Below, piece by piece: positions 29,671 through 39,050 of a DNA stretch of 49,534 nucleotides. The notes under the pieces are model-generated. The model worked only from the letters and a program-made list of their open reading frames with translations. It did not search any database and was not told where the DNA came from. Made by a program: the position numbers and the translations under genes. Location of the stretch: contig JAPLDX010000017.1 of the NCBI GenBank assembly GCA_026391215.1, positions 1-49,534 of the forward strand. Direction: 5' to 3'. The stretch is from Bacteroidia bacterium (lineage in GTDB: Bacteria > Bacteroidota > Bacteroidia > Bacteroidales > VadinHA17). Position 1 is the first letter of the stretch, and every line of letters begins with the position of its first letter.

Positions 29671-29788
29671 CATGTACCCATCCCCCAACCCCCTTCCCTG
29701 CTGAAGCAAGGAAGGAGGCTATTAAACTGTAAATCAATCACATCCCCCCTCTTTGCTTCAGCAGAGAGGGGGGCTTGGGGGGGTGAGT
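29671..29788. repeat. Double-hairpin intergenic element (subfamily with a gctgaagc/gcttcagc loop)
   Basis: catgtacccatccccc..cccttccctgctgaagcaaggaagg, spacer, cccccctctttgcttcagcagagagggggg..gggggggtgagt. The two halves are mutually inverted. Confidence 0.8.
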
Positions 29789-29822
29789 GCTTGTGATTAA
29801 TTTTGTTACATTTGAATAATAA

Positions 29823-30203
29823 ATGTCATTTATGAAAATCGAAGTCTCTAACGGCGAGATAATAGATAAACTCACAATTCTTCAGATAAAGCTTGAACGG
29901 ATAAAAGATAAGGACAAGCTAATAAACCTGAAAAAGGAATTTGATGAGCTGGTCAAAACGGCATCATCAATATTGGATACTTCTGATCCGCTGTACAAAG
30001 CACTGTACGAGATAAATTACGAATTATGGGATATTGAGGATCATATCCGCGACCTAGAGCGTAAAAAGGATTTCAATGAGGATTTTATTAAGACAGCCCG
30101 TTCAGTTTATTTCAGAAACGATAAAAGGGCTCAGCTGAAGAGGGAAATAAACCTCAGAACATCGTCAGGCCTGACCGAAGAAAAATCTTACGAAAAATAT
30201 TGA
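29823..30203 (+). CDS. DUF6165-like protein
   Basis: IEVSNGEIIDKLTILQIK, N..LWDIED..R, ARSVYFRNDKRA..K..IN and EEKSY. -7 element TACATTTG at 29807-29814. Confidence 0.78.
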   Translation: MSFMKIEVSNGEIIDKLTILQIKLERIKDKDKLINLKKEFDELVKTASSILDTSDPLYKALYEINYELWDIEDHIRDLERKKDFNEDFIKTARSVYFRNDKRAQLKREINLRTSSGLTEEKSYEKY

Positions 30204-30204
30204 A

Positions 30205-31233
30205 ATGCATCTTCTTGTAATCAGGACATCGGCAATGGGTGATGTCGCCCTGACCACACCTGTGATCACTGCATTAAGGAAGAAATATCCTGATATTGAG
30301 ATAACCCTGGTGACAAGACCTGTTTTTGCCCCGTTTTTTTCCTCAATTAAGGATTTGCACCTCTTTTTACCGGATTTTACAGGAAGACATAAAGGCCTTT
30401 TTGGAATTATCCGTCTTTCCCGTGACCTGAAGAAATATGATAAAATTGATCATGTAATTGATCTTCATGATGTTCTAAGATCAAAGATACTGAGATGGAT
30501 CATCAGCATGTCGGGATCGCAGGTCTATGTGATAGATAAAGGAAGAGCCGAAAAGAAGCAGGTGATAAAAGGAAAAAACAGGAAAAGGTTAAAACATTCG
30601 GTTGAAAGATATTGCGACGTTTTCGCTAAAGCAGGATTTATGGTTATTCCTGAAACACGGCAATCTATAATCCCTGCTTCTGAAGCTATTGAGAAAGTAT
30701 CAGGTTTACCCCTGACAATGAGTGTATCAAACATTGGGGTGGCGCCCTATGCAAAACATGAGCTGAAATCATGGCCTGAAGAAAACATGATCAGGCTGCT
30801 GAATATAATTTCTGAGAAAAATGGAGTAAAGTACTGGCTGTTTGGGGGTGTTGAAGATTATGAACGATTGAATTCCTTACATGAAAAGATTCCTGGATCA
30901 TACCTTGTTGTTGGTCGACTAAACCTCAGCGAAGAACTTGCCTTGATGAGCAGGCTCGATTTCATGATCTCTATGGATTCATCAAATATGCATATGGCTG
31001 CACTCTCCGGGACAAAAGTCGTTTCAATCTGGGGTGGCACTGATCCCATAACTGGTTTTGGAGCATGGCAGGAGCCTGACGAATTTGCTATAAGGATACC
31101 TGCAGAGGAACTTACCTGCCGGCCCTGCACAATTTATGGTAAAGGAAAATGCCAAAGGGGTGATTTTGCCTGCATGAATTGGCTGACCCCGGAAAAAGTA
31201 TTTGAGAAATTGATCAATTTGAAAATTATATAA
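30205..31233 (+). CDS. Glycosyltransferase family 9 (heptosyltransferase-like)
   Basis: IRTSAMGDV, DLHDVLRS, SMDSSNMHMAA, WGGT and CRPC...C...C. Confidence 0.92.
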   Translation: MHLLVIRTSAMGDVALTTPVITALRKKYPDIEITLVTRPVFAPFFSSIKDLHLFLPDFTGRHKGLFGIIRLSRDLKKYDKIDHVIDLHDVLRSKILRWIISMSGSQVYVIDKGRAEKKQVIKGKNRKRLKHSVERYCDVFAKAGFMVIPETRQSIIPASEAIEKVSGLPLTMSVSNIGVAPYAKHELKSWPEENMIRLLNIISEKNGVKYWLFGGVEDYERLNSLHEKIPGSYLVVGRLNLSEELALMSRLDFMISMDSSNMHMAALSGTKVVSIWGGTDPITGFGAWQEPDEFAIRIPAEELTCRPCTIYGKGKCQRGDFACMNWLTPEKVFEKLINLKII

Positions 31234-31240
31234 TTTGAAA

Positions 31241-33544
31241 ATGATTTTAAGTCAAAACAATCGCTGGTGCGGATTTATAATCCTGATTTTATTTTATACT
31301 GGTTGTTCAGAAAGTAAAACCGATGTAGATTTTGATCCTGTTGAACTTGTTAATCCTTTGATGGGAACCGATTCAGAATATCAATTGTCGAATGGTAACA
31401 CATACCCTGCCATTGCTTTGCCATGGGGCATGAATTTCTGGTCTCCTCAAACACGTATCATGGGCAACGGATGGTCATATACCTATAATGATTACAAGAT
31501 AATGGGTATTAAGCAAACCCACCAGCCGAGCCCATGGATCAACGACTATGCCGCATTTTCGCTTATGGCAATAACCGGATCAATCAAATATGGAGAAAAA
31601 GAGAGAGCATCATGGTTCTCACATAAATCGGAAATAGTCAAACCATATTATTACAGTGTATATCTTGCTGATTATGATGTGACAGCCGAAGTAACACCAA
31701 CAGAGAGAACAGCTTTGTTCAGGTTCACGTTCCCTGAAAGTGATTCCTCCTTTATCATCATTGACGGATTCAATGAAGGTTCAATGGTGAAGATCATTCC
31801 CTCGGAGAGGATGGTTATAGGATATTGCAGGAATAACCGGGGAGGAGTTCCGGACAATTTCCACAACTATTTTGTTGTCACTTTCGAAAGGGACTTTACA
31901 TCGACTTTCACATGGAACGGGGATAAGCTCAGTTCTTCGGATCTTGTGGCAGAGGGTGATCATACAGGTGCAATCCTTGGTTTCCGTACCAGGAGAGGTG
32001 AACAGATAAACATTAAGACAGCTTCATCCTTTATTAGCCCCGACCAGGCTATGTTAAACCTTGTCCGCGAAACTGATGCAAAAGACTTTGAGCAGGTAAG
32101 GACCGAGGCAAAAAAAGCCTGGAATGATCAGCTCAGCAGGATAAAGATTGAAGGAGGGACTGCTGATCAGCAAAGGACATTTTATTCATGCCTCTACAGG
32201 ATGCTGCTGTTCCCCAGGAGCTTTTATGAGATCAGCAAGGAGAATAAGATCATTCATTACAGTCCATATAATGGGGAGGTTCTTCCGGGTTATATGTTCA
32301 CCGATACCGGTTTCTGGGATACATTCAGGGCTCTTTTCCCATTTACAACCCTGATGTACCCTGAACTTAATTCACATATTATGGAAGGCCTTGTAAATAC
32401 CTATAAGGAAAGCGGATGGCTTCCTGAATGGGCAAGTCCCGGTCATCGCGACTGTATGATAGGATCCAATTCTGCATCAATTATTGCAGACTCATATTTA
32501 AAAGGTATAAAGGGATATGATATTGAAAAACTGTATGAAGCAATTCTGAAGAATACAGAGGGAGTGGGACCAGTATCTTCAGTTGGCAGAATGGGGGCTG
32601 AATATTATAACAAGCTTGGCTATGTGCCTTATAATGTGAACATAAATGAGAGTGCGGCACGTACTCTTGAATATGCTTATGCTGATTTCTGTATCTGGAA
32701 GCTTGCCAGGGAACTTAACCGACCCCGGGAAGAAACGGATCTTTTTGCAAAGAGAGCAATGAATTATAAAAACGTCTTCGATACAGGCCGAAACCTAATG
32801 AGGGGAAGAAATGAGGACGGAACCTTTCAAACACCTTTCAGCCCATTTAAATGGGGAGATGCCTTCTGTGAAGGCAACAGCTGGCATTATACCTGGAGCG
32901 TTTTCCAGGATGTAAAAGGACTGATTGATCTGATGGGTGGGAAGGAAGGATTCATCGCAAAACTTGATTCGGTCTTCGAGGTACCTCCTGTTTTCGATTA
33001 TTCTTATTATGGAGTTGTGATACATGAAATACGCGAGATGCAGATCATGAATATGGGCAATTATGCACATGGCAATCAGCCCATACAGCATATGATCTAT
33101 CTCTATAATTATGCAGGTGAGCCATGGAAATCCCAGTACCGGGTACGGGAGGTACTGGATAAGCTTTACAACTATACACCTGATGGTTATTGCGGAGATG
33201 AGGACAATGGTCAGACATCAGCGTGGTATGTCCTTTCAGCTCTTGGCTTTTATCCTGTTACTCCCGCAACCGGGGAATATGTTTTCGGATCGCCACTGTT
33301 TAACAGAGCAACTCTTCATCTTGAGAATGGCGAGGTGCTTGAAATAGAAGCTCCTGGGAATAATAAGCAAAGTATTTATATTCAGGATATTAAGCTCAAT
33401 GGCAAGTTAATTGACAGGAATTTCATCAGGCATGATGAGCTGCTGAAAGGAGGGAAGCTTATTTTCAAAATGGGACCGGAGCCAAATAGAAACAGAGGCA
33501 TTTCGGAAGATGCCTATCCGTTTTCAATGAGCAGATCTGAATAA
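31241..33544 (+). CDS. GH92 alpha-1,2-mannosidase, probable lipoprotein
   Basis: Lipobox-like YTGC, GNTYPA, QTHQPSPWINDY, GFWDTFRA, YAHGNQP and GDEDNGQTSAWYV. Confidence 0.94.
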   Translation: MILSQNNRWCGFIILILFYTGCSESKTDVDFDPVELVNPLMGTDSEYQLSNGNTYPAIALPWGMNFWSPQTRIMGNGWSYTYNDYKIMGIKQTHQPSPWINDYAAFSLMAITGSIKYGEKERASWFSHKSEIVKPYYYSVYLADYDVTAEVTPTERTALFRFTFPESDSSFIIIDGFNEGSMVKIIPSERMVIGYCRNNRGGVPDNFHNYFVVTFERDFTSTFTWNGDKLSSSDLVAEGDHTGAILGFRTRRGEQINIKTASSFISPDQAMLNLVRETDAKDFEQVRTEAKKAWNDQLSRIKIEGGTADQQRTFYSCLYRMLLFPRSFYEISKENKIIHYSPYNGEVLPGYMFTDTGFWDTFRALFPFTTLMYPELNSHIMEGLVNTYKESGWLPEWASPGHRDCMIGSNSASIIADSYLKGIKGYDIEKLYEAILKNTEGVGPVSSVGRMGAEYYNKLGYVPYNVNINESAARTLEYAYADFCIWKLARELNRPREETDLFAKRAMNYKNVFDTGRNLMRGRNEDGTFQTPFSPFKWGDAFCEGNSWHYTWSVFQDVKGLIDLMGGKEGFIAKLDSVFEVPPVFDYSYYGVVIHEIREMQIMNMGNYAHGNQPIQHMIYLYNYAGEPWKSQYRVREVLDKLYNYTPDGYCGDEDNGQTSAWYVLSALGFYPVTPATGEYVFGSPLFNRATLHLENGEVLEIEAPGNNKQSIYIQDIKLNGKLIDRNFIRHDELLKGGKLIFKMGPEPNRNRGISEDAYPFSMSRSE

Positions 33545-34735
33545 TCAGATCCTGAGCTTGATATTAATACGTGCCAGCAAAGCTGTAAGTCCTACCATAA
33601 GGAGAGCCCAGACCAATGAACCTATAATAACGACCAAAGGTTCTGATGATTGCTTGTAAATGAGTATAGGGATCCCGGTCATCCATATTATATAATACAG
33701 AATATCCGGGGCAAGATAAGTTGTAAGAGAGTTTTCTCCGGCAGGCTTCAGGAATTTTGCCCAACCTTTCTTTTCTTTTACATCTACTATCCAGTAAATT
33801 AGGATGAATACCAAAAAGCTGATACCGGAACAGATCATTCCCCAGCTGGGAGTAGCCTGAATCTTTGAAATTAGAAACCATTTTTGCAGTATAAATCCTG
33901 AAGTCAGGCAGAAAAGACCCAATCCAATAAATATCAGGATGATGGATTTATACTCATTTGAGGGTATTTTTTTTATTATCAGCCCCGCAATCAAGCCTGT
34001 CAATACTATTAATGGATTATTCCCCTGAATTATTATTCCTAAGAATGGTTCAACAGGATCAAGGAATCCAAGCATTCCCCTGCAGGAAAGTATATTCAAT
34101 ACAAGGAAGAAGAATGTAATAAGTGCTGTTTTCCATATTGAATCTCGGCAGAGGACATATGTAAAAGCAGACACAAGGTAGGCCCAGCCTATAAGTCCCA
34201 GGATACCCCACCAGCTTGTTATTAGGGAGCCATTATTTTCAGGCTGACCCGATTGGAATTTAAAGACCAGAAATATAAAGATCCCAAGCGCTGCCAGCTT
34301 GAATCCTGTAATTGTGAAGATCTTTCTATCCTTATCAAGGTAATCATTCCAGAAGAGAAAGACGGCAATATACATAAGAAGGGCCCAGAGGTTTTTACTC
34401 ATGCCAGTCAGCTCAGGATCAACCCTGCCGGTATTAAGCATCAGAACTCCTATAATAATAAGGCTGAGAGACCTGATCAGTATGTGCCGGCTTATGTCGA
34501 TTAAGGATTGTCCTTGTAAAAATCTCTTGGAGAATGCAAAGGGGATAGCCATTCCAACGATGAAGAGAAAGCCCGGGAATACCCAGTCGGCCAGGCCCAT
34601 ACCGTCAAAATCGGCAGGCATATGGCCAAGCCATGATGGGGCAACTTCCATGTTCAGGTCATTGACAAAGAGCATCAGGAGCAGGGTAAGTCCCCGCATT
34701 ATATCAATTGAGTATATCCGGTTATTGCTGGTCAT
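33545..34735 (-). CDS. DUF5009/HGSNAT-like membrane acyltransferase
   Basis: RIYSIDIMRG, LADWVFPGFLFIVG, WWGILGLIGWAY, ISKIQATPSW and GENSL, with multiple TM helices. Confidence 0.82.
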   Translation of the reverse strand: MTSNNRIYSIDIMRGLTLLLMLFVNDLNMEVAPSWLGHMPADFDGMGLADWVFPGFLFIVGMAIPFAFSKRFLQGQSLIDISRHILIRSLSLIIIGVLMLNTGRVDPELTGMSKNLWALLMYIAVFLFWNDYLDKDRKIFTITGFKLAALGIFIFLVFKFQSGQPENNGSLITSWWGILGLIGWAYLVSAFTYVLCRDSIWKTALITFFFLVLNILSCRGMLGFLDPVEPFLGIIIQGNNPLIVLTGLIAGLIIKKIPSNEYKSIILIFIGLGLFCLTSGFILQKWFLISKIQATPSWGMICSGISFLVFILIYWIVDVKEKKGWAKFLKPAGENSLTTYLAPDILYYIIWMTGIPILIYKQSSEPLVVIIGSLVWALLMVGLTALLARINIKLRI

Positions 34736-34802
34736 TTAAACGGTTGGTTAAGAATGTAAAGATTGCAAAATTTTATTAATTTTGCCTGCCGGATAAACTA
34801 AA

Positions 34803-34851
34803 GGGTATAGAACAGTTGGTAGTCCCGAGTACTCGGGATTCAGGACGTGGG
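34803..34851 (+). pseudogene. Degenerate 5' half copy of tRNA-Pro interrupted by a perfect 16-bp palindrome
   Basis: gggtatagaacagttggtag-[tcccgagtactcggga]-ttcaggacgtggg versus the intact gggtgtggcgcagttggtag-cgtactacg-ttcgggacgtagg. Confidence 0.6.
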
Positions 34852-34872
34852 TAAAAGAAGTTCATTTATTAT

Positions 34873-34945
34873 CGGGGTGTGGCGCAGTTGGTAGCGTACT
34901 ACGTTCGGGACGTAGGGGCCGGAAGTTCGAGTCTTCTCACCCCGA
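34873..34945 (+). tRNA. tRNA-Pro (CGG)
   Basis: Acceptor stem cggggtg/caccccg, D arm, anticodon stem ctacg/cgtag with loop ttCGGga, and T loop gttcgag. CCA is not encoded. Confidence 0.96.
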
Positions 34946-34955
34946 CTGAGTAAAT

Positions 34956-34994
34956 AAAACGGCCTTGTAAATCAAATATTTACGAGGCCATTTT
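34956..34994. terminator. Bidirectional terminator
   Basis: aaaacggccttgtaaat-caaat-atttacgaggccatttt. Confidence 0.78.
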
Positions 34995-35004
34995 CATTAT
35001 TCTC

Positions 35005-37383
35005 CTATTCATACCTCAGAGCTTCAACCGGATTCTTACTTGCCGCTCTATACGATTGGAAACCCACTGTCAGCATAGTGATCACCATTACAATGACCCA
35101 TGCCACGGCAAATAACCACCAGCTCATTTTTATACGGTACGCATAACTCTGAAGCCACATATTAGTGGCAAACCATGCAAAAGGACAGGCAATTATAAAT
35201 GAAATAGTAACTAATCCAATATATTCTTTTGACAACATGGAGAATATTTCAATTGGTTTTGCCCCGTGCGTTTTCCTTATCCCGATCTCTTTTGTCCTGC
35301 GTACAGTCATAAAGGCAGATAATCCTATAAGACCGAGACATGAAATGATGATTGCCAGGAAAGTTAAATAACCTAAGAAAACGCCTGCTGTTTGTTCAAT
35401 TATGTATATGCTATTATAATCATCTTTGAGAAATCCAAAATCCAGAGTATTATCAAGATTATATGATTTTAAAAAATTCCTGATATAATTTACTATTGAG
35501 CTGATATGATCAGGTTTCATTCTTATGTAACAAATACCACCTGGTGTAGATGGAGGTATTGGTGTTATTACAAGCGGTTCAATTGCAGAGCGTAACGATT
35601 TAAAGTGAAAATCTCTCACTACTCCAATAATGCTGAATTTCAATCCATTTCTATCTGATATCACTTCCCCGATGGGATTCTTAAAACCCATGATTTCTGC
35701 TGCTTTTTCATTGACCACAATTACTGTAGTATCAGTTGAAAATTCGTTGGTAGATAAAAAACTCCCCTCTTTGAGCTCAAGCTGAAAGGTTTTGGCATAA
35801 TCCTTGTCAGCATTCAGAACACTAAACGAGACGTCTTCACCTTCCTTCTTCCCTTTCCAATTTACACCGCTTGCAGTTGACCAATTATTAAGAACATATT
35901 GGCCTGTAACCGTTACACTTTCTATATCAGGATTGTTGCTGAGTTCATTTTTTAAAGTTTCCCGTTGTATACCATTAGTGAATCCAAAATAACCGATATT
36001 ATCTATATTAAGGCCAACGTTTTTGTTTTGTATATAGTTGATCTGGCTTCTGACAATTAAAGTGCATATGATAAACAGGAAAGAGAGTGTGAACTGGGAA
36101 ATGACCAGAATTCTTCTGAATCGTGCGTTACCGGGATTTTTATTAATAACACCCTTAATGGTATCCAATGGTTTTAAAGAAGACAAATAGAATGCCGGGT
36201 AACTTCCGGCCAATAATCCGCAAAACAATACAACGGTGATTAAGCCAACATATAAACCCACACTTTGATAGTTGACTTCCACCTTGGTATTTCCGTGATA
36301 CATAATATTGTTAAAGCCGGGCAACAGCAATTCAACAAGAATCATGGCAATTACATGGGCCACAAATACAATCAACAGAGATTCCCCTAAAAACTGGAAG
36401 ATTATTTTTCCTTTGTTTGCCCCGCCTACTTTACGTACTCCGATTTCCTTGGCCCTCCCGGATGATTGTGCGGTGGAAAGGTTCATAAAGTTGATACAGG
36501 CAATAGTGAGAATTAAAAAAGCAACCAGGCTCGCAAGTCTGATATAGTTAATACTGCCAAGGTAGAAAGATTCGCCGGCATATTTTCCGGCAGAATACAA
36601 ATGAATCTTTTTTATGTTTTGAAGGAAAATCTCCGCATTTATATCTTTCCTATTTCTTTCTATAATACCCTTAATTTTATCTTCAACTAATTTATTATCT
36701 GCTCCTTTGTCAAGTTCAATAAAGGAAGGACCAGAAACATGGTTCCAATCATTTATTAATTTTACTTGCGATTCAGGTTCCGTTAAAAACTCAAAAGGAA
36801 GTAAAAGACCGAATTGGACAAGACTATTGTGTGGAAAACTCTTTGCGACTCCAGTGATCGTCAATACAGTACCCATAGATATCAATGTTTTACCAACCGG
36901 ATCTTCATCGGCGAAGTATTTGTGTGCAATTTCTTCTGTAATAATGAGATCGTGAGGTCCGGTCAAAGCGCTATTTCTGTCACCGCGGATAAACTCAATA
37001 TTGAACATTTTAAAAAAGTCCTTATCAACAAAAGAAATTTCTTCATTTATTAATTCATCTCCTTTCGGTAATGCCATTTTATATTTCAGGTATCTCGAAG
37101 ACCTTATGATTTCAGGATATTCTTCTTTCAAAGCAGCCGCCAGCGGAACAGGTGTAAAAGCTTCCTGGACCAATCGTCCATCGTTATAAGTATGGTTTAC
37201 TAGCACACGATATAAACGATCACCATTTTTATGGAATCTGTCCCAACTTATTTCATATTGTACCCATAAGAGTAGCAAAAGTGCACCTGCCATGCCTATG
37301 GCCATTCCGCTTATATTCAGAATTGAGAATGTGTAATTCCTTTTGATATTCCGGAGGGCTATTTTAAAGTAGTTCTTAATCAT
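35005..37383 (-). CDS. ABC transporter permease (MacB/FtsX family, duplicated-domain Bacteroidota type)
   Basis: MIKNYFKIALRN, IACINFMNLSTA..R.KEIGVRKV, RTKEIGIRK and NPVEALRYE. Confidence 0.93.
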   Translation of the reverse strand: MIKNYFKIALRNIKRNYTFSILNISGMAIGMAGALLLLLWVQYEISWDRFHKNGDRLYRVLVNHTYNDGRLVQEAFTPVPLAAALKEEYPEIIRSSRYLKYKMALPKGDELINEEISFVDKDFFKMFNIEFIRGDRNSALTGPHDLIITEEIAHKYFADEDPVGKTLISMGTVLTITGVAKSFPHNSLVQFGLLLPFEFLTEPESQVKLINDWNHVSGPSFIELDKGADNKLVEDKIKGIIERNRKDINAEIFLQNIKKIHLYSAGKYAGESFYLGSINYIRLASLVAFLILTIACINFMNLSTAQSSGRAKEIGVRKVGGANKGKIIFQFLGESLLIVFVAHVIAMILVELLLPGFNNIMYHGNTKVEVNYQSVGLYVGLITVVLFCGLLAGSYPAFYLSSLKPLDTIKGVINKNPGNARFRRILVISQFTLSFLFIICTLIVRSQINYIQNKNVGLNIDNIGYFGFTNGIQRETLKNELSNNPDIESVTVTGQYVLNNWSTASGVNWKGKKEGEDVSFSVLNADKDYAKTFQLELKEGSFLSTNEFSTDTTVIVVNEKAAEIMGFKNPIGEVISDRNGLKFSIIGVVRDFHFKSLRSAIEPLVITPIPPSTPGGICYIRMKPDHISSIVNYIRNFLKSYNLDNTLDFGFLKDDYNSIYIIEQTAGVFLGYLTFLAIIISCLGLIGLSAFMTVRRTKEIGIRKTHGAKPIEIFSMLSKEYIGLVTISFIIACPFAWFATNMWLQSYAYRIKMSWWLFAVAWVIVMVITMLTVGFQSYRAASKNPVEALRYE

Positions 37384-37426
37384 ATTAACTCATATTAATT
37401 ACAATTTAAGAATTTCAACTGTAATT

Positions 37427-37443
37427 TTCAATTACCATACCAG
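37427..37443 (-). promoter_or_regulatory. Putative sigma54 (-24/-12) promoter for the ABC permease
   Basis: The minus strand reads CTGGTATGGTAATTGAA, i.e. GG-N10-GA spacing, 44 bp upstream of the ATG. Confidence 0.6.
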
Positions 37444-37484
37444 TATTTATTACTTTCTGAAAATTAGTTTATAAGGACATATAA

Positions 37485-37501
37485 TGTCCAATATATAGAC
37501 A
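37485..37501. promoter_or_regulatory. Putative enhancer-binding-protein site
   Basis: Palindrome TGTC-N9-GACA upstream of the sigma54-like promoter, with an extra GGACA half site at about 37475. Confidence 0.45.
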
Positions 37502-37522
37502 GTATTCATGTATAAAGGCTCG

Positions 37523-37611
37523 TTGATTTTCTTCGTTTACCCCGGGCCCCAAGGGGAGCGAAGAAAATCAATTTACTCCCCTTGGGGATGGGGTAAATAA
37601 ATTGATTTTCA
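37523..37611. repeat. Interleaved inverted repeats / REP-like element
   Basis: ttgattttcttcg (37523) pairs with cgaagaaaatcaa (37559). tttacccc..ccccaaggggag (37536) pairs with ctccccttgggg..ggggtaaa (37576). Confidence 0.7.
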
Positions 37612-37678
37612 AACAGGGTTCTAATTTCTTATTCATGATTATCGATTACAGAGACACATAAAATCAGAGGCATATAAG

Positions 37679-39038
37679 ATGAATGGCAAATTGTTGATTG
37701 TTGACGATCATAAACAGGTTTTGAAAGCATTGATTCAATTGCTTGAACCTGAATTTGAAAGTATTGCAGGTATATCAAATCCTAATCAAATTATCAGTTA
37801 CATGAACAAAGATTGATATTATCTTATTGGACATGAACTTTTCAGCTGGAGTAAATACAGGCAATGAAGGTATATACTGGCTCAATCGTATACTAAAATC
37901 AGATCCGTTAGCCGCTGTGGTGATGATAACTGCTTATTCCGATGTTAATCTGGCTGTAAAGGCTATAAAAGAAGGCGCCACTGATTTTGTAGTCAAGCCA
38001 TGGGACAATAATAAACTTATTACCACCATGCAGTCTGCTTTTAAACTCAGGCAATCAAAGATTGAGAATAAAAAGCTCCGCGACAGACAAAAGCAGATAA
38101 ACAAAGGAATTAGTAAACAATATACTCCTTTGATTGGGAAATCACAGCCAATGGGAAATGTACTGCAGGTAATGAAAAAGGTAGCCAGGACAGATGCAAA
38201 TGTTTTAGTTATGGGCGAGAATGGTACCGGGAAAGAATTAATTGTAAAAGAGATCCATAATAATTCGCGCAGAACCGATGAAGTCTTTATCAGCATTGAC
38301 ATAGGCACAATAACTGAATCATTATTTGAGAGTGAAATGTTTGGGCATATTAAATGGGCATTTACCGATGCCAGGGAAGATAAAACCGGGTGGTTTGAGA
38401 CGGCTTCAGGCGGCACACTGTTTTTAGATGAAATAGGCAACCTTACTCTTTCTATGCAATCAAAACTGCTTACAGCCATTCAAAATCGTGTTATTCATAA
38501 AGTAGGTTCAAAAACTCCAATCCCTTTTGATATCCGGCTTATTTGTGCAACCAATAAAAATCTTGAAGAAATGGTCGCAAAGAATCTCTTTCGCGAGGAT
38601 CTATATTACAGGATAAACACAATTGTGATTGGAATACCTCCTTTGCGTGACCGGGGTGAAGATATTATTTTGCTTGCCGAGTATTTCCTAAAGGAGTATG
38701 CAAACAAATACGAGAAATTTTCTTTAAAATTTAACAGCAAGACCCTTGACAAACTCATGGATTACAACTGGCCGGGAAATGTGAGAGAACTAAGGCATAC
38801 TATAGAAAAGGCGGTTATACTAAGTGATTCTGATATTTTAACGCCGGACGATTTTATACTCTCACATTCAACACAACAAATATCTGATCAGGAAAAATCA
38901 CCAACTTTTGCTGAGATAGAAAAACAAGCCTTGCAAATTGCTCTGAGTAACAATAATGGAAGTGTTCTGAAAGCTTCAAAAGAGTTGGGATTAGCAAGAC
39001 AGACAATGTATAATAAAATGCAAAAGTATAACCTTTAG
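37679..39038 (+). pseudogene. Sigma54-dependent NtrC-family response regulator, frameshifted
   Basis: MNGKLLIVDD starts at 37679 and hits TGA at 37814. The protein resumes in the +1 frame (IDIILLDMN) with GENGTGKE, FLDEIG, FREDLYYR, WPGNVREL and a Fis-type HTH. The GAFTGA loop reads WAFTDA. Confidence 0.85.
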
Positions 39039-39050
39039 AAAATAACAATC

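Noticed and set aside
21997-29788. Repeats as a CRISPR array
   Set aside because: The copies are dispersed kilobases apart, have no regular repeat-spacer period, and no cas genes are present.
37802-37830. Programmed +1 frameshift in the response regulator
   Set aside because: GAT-TGA offers no plausible tRNA re-pairing, and the second lesion (WAFTDA) points to decay or sequence error.
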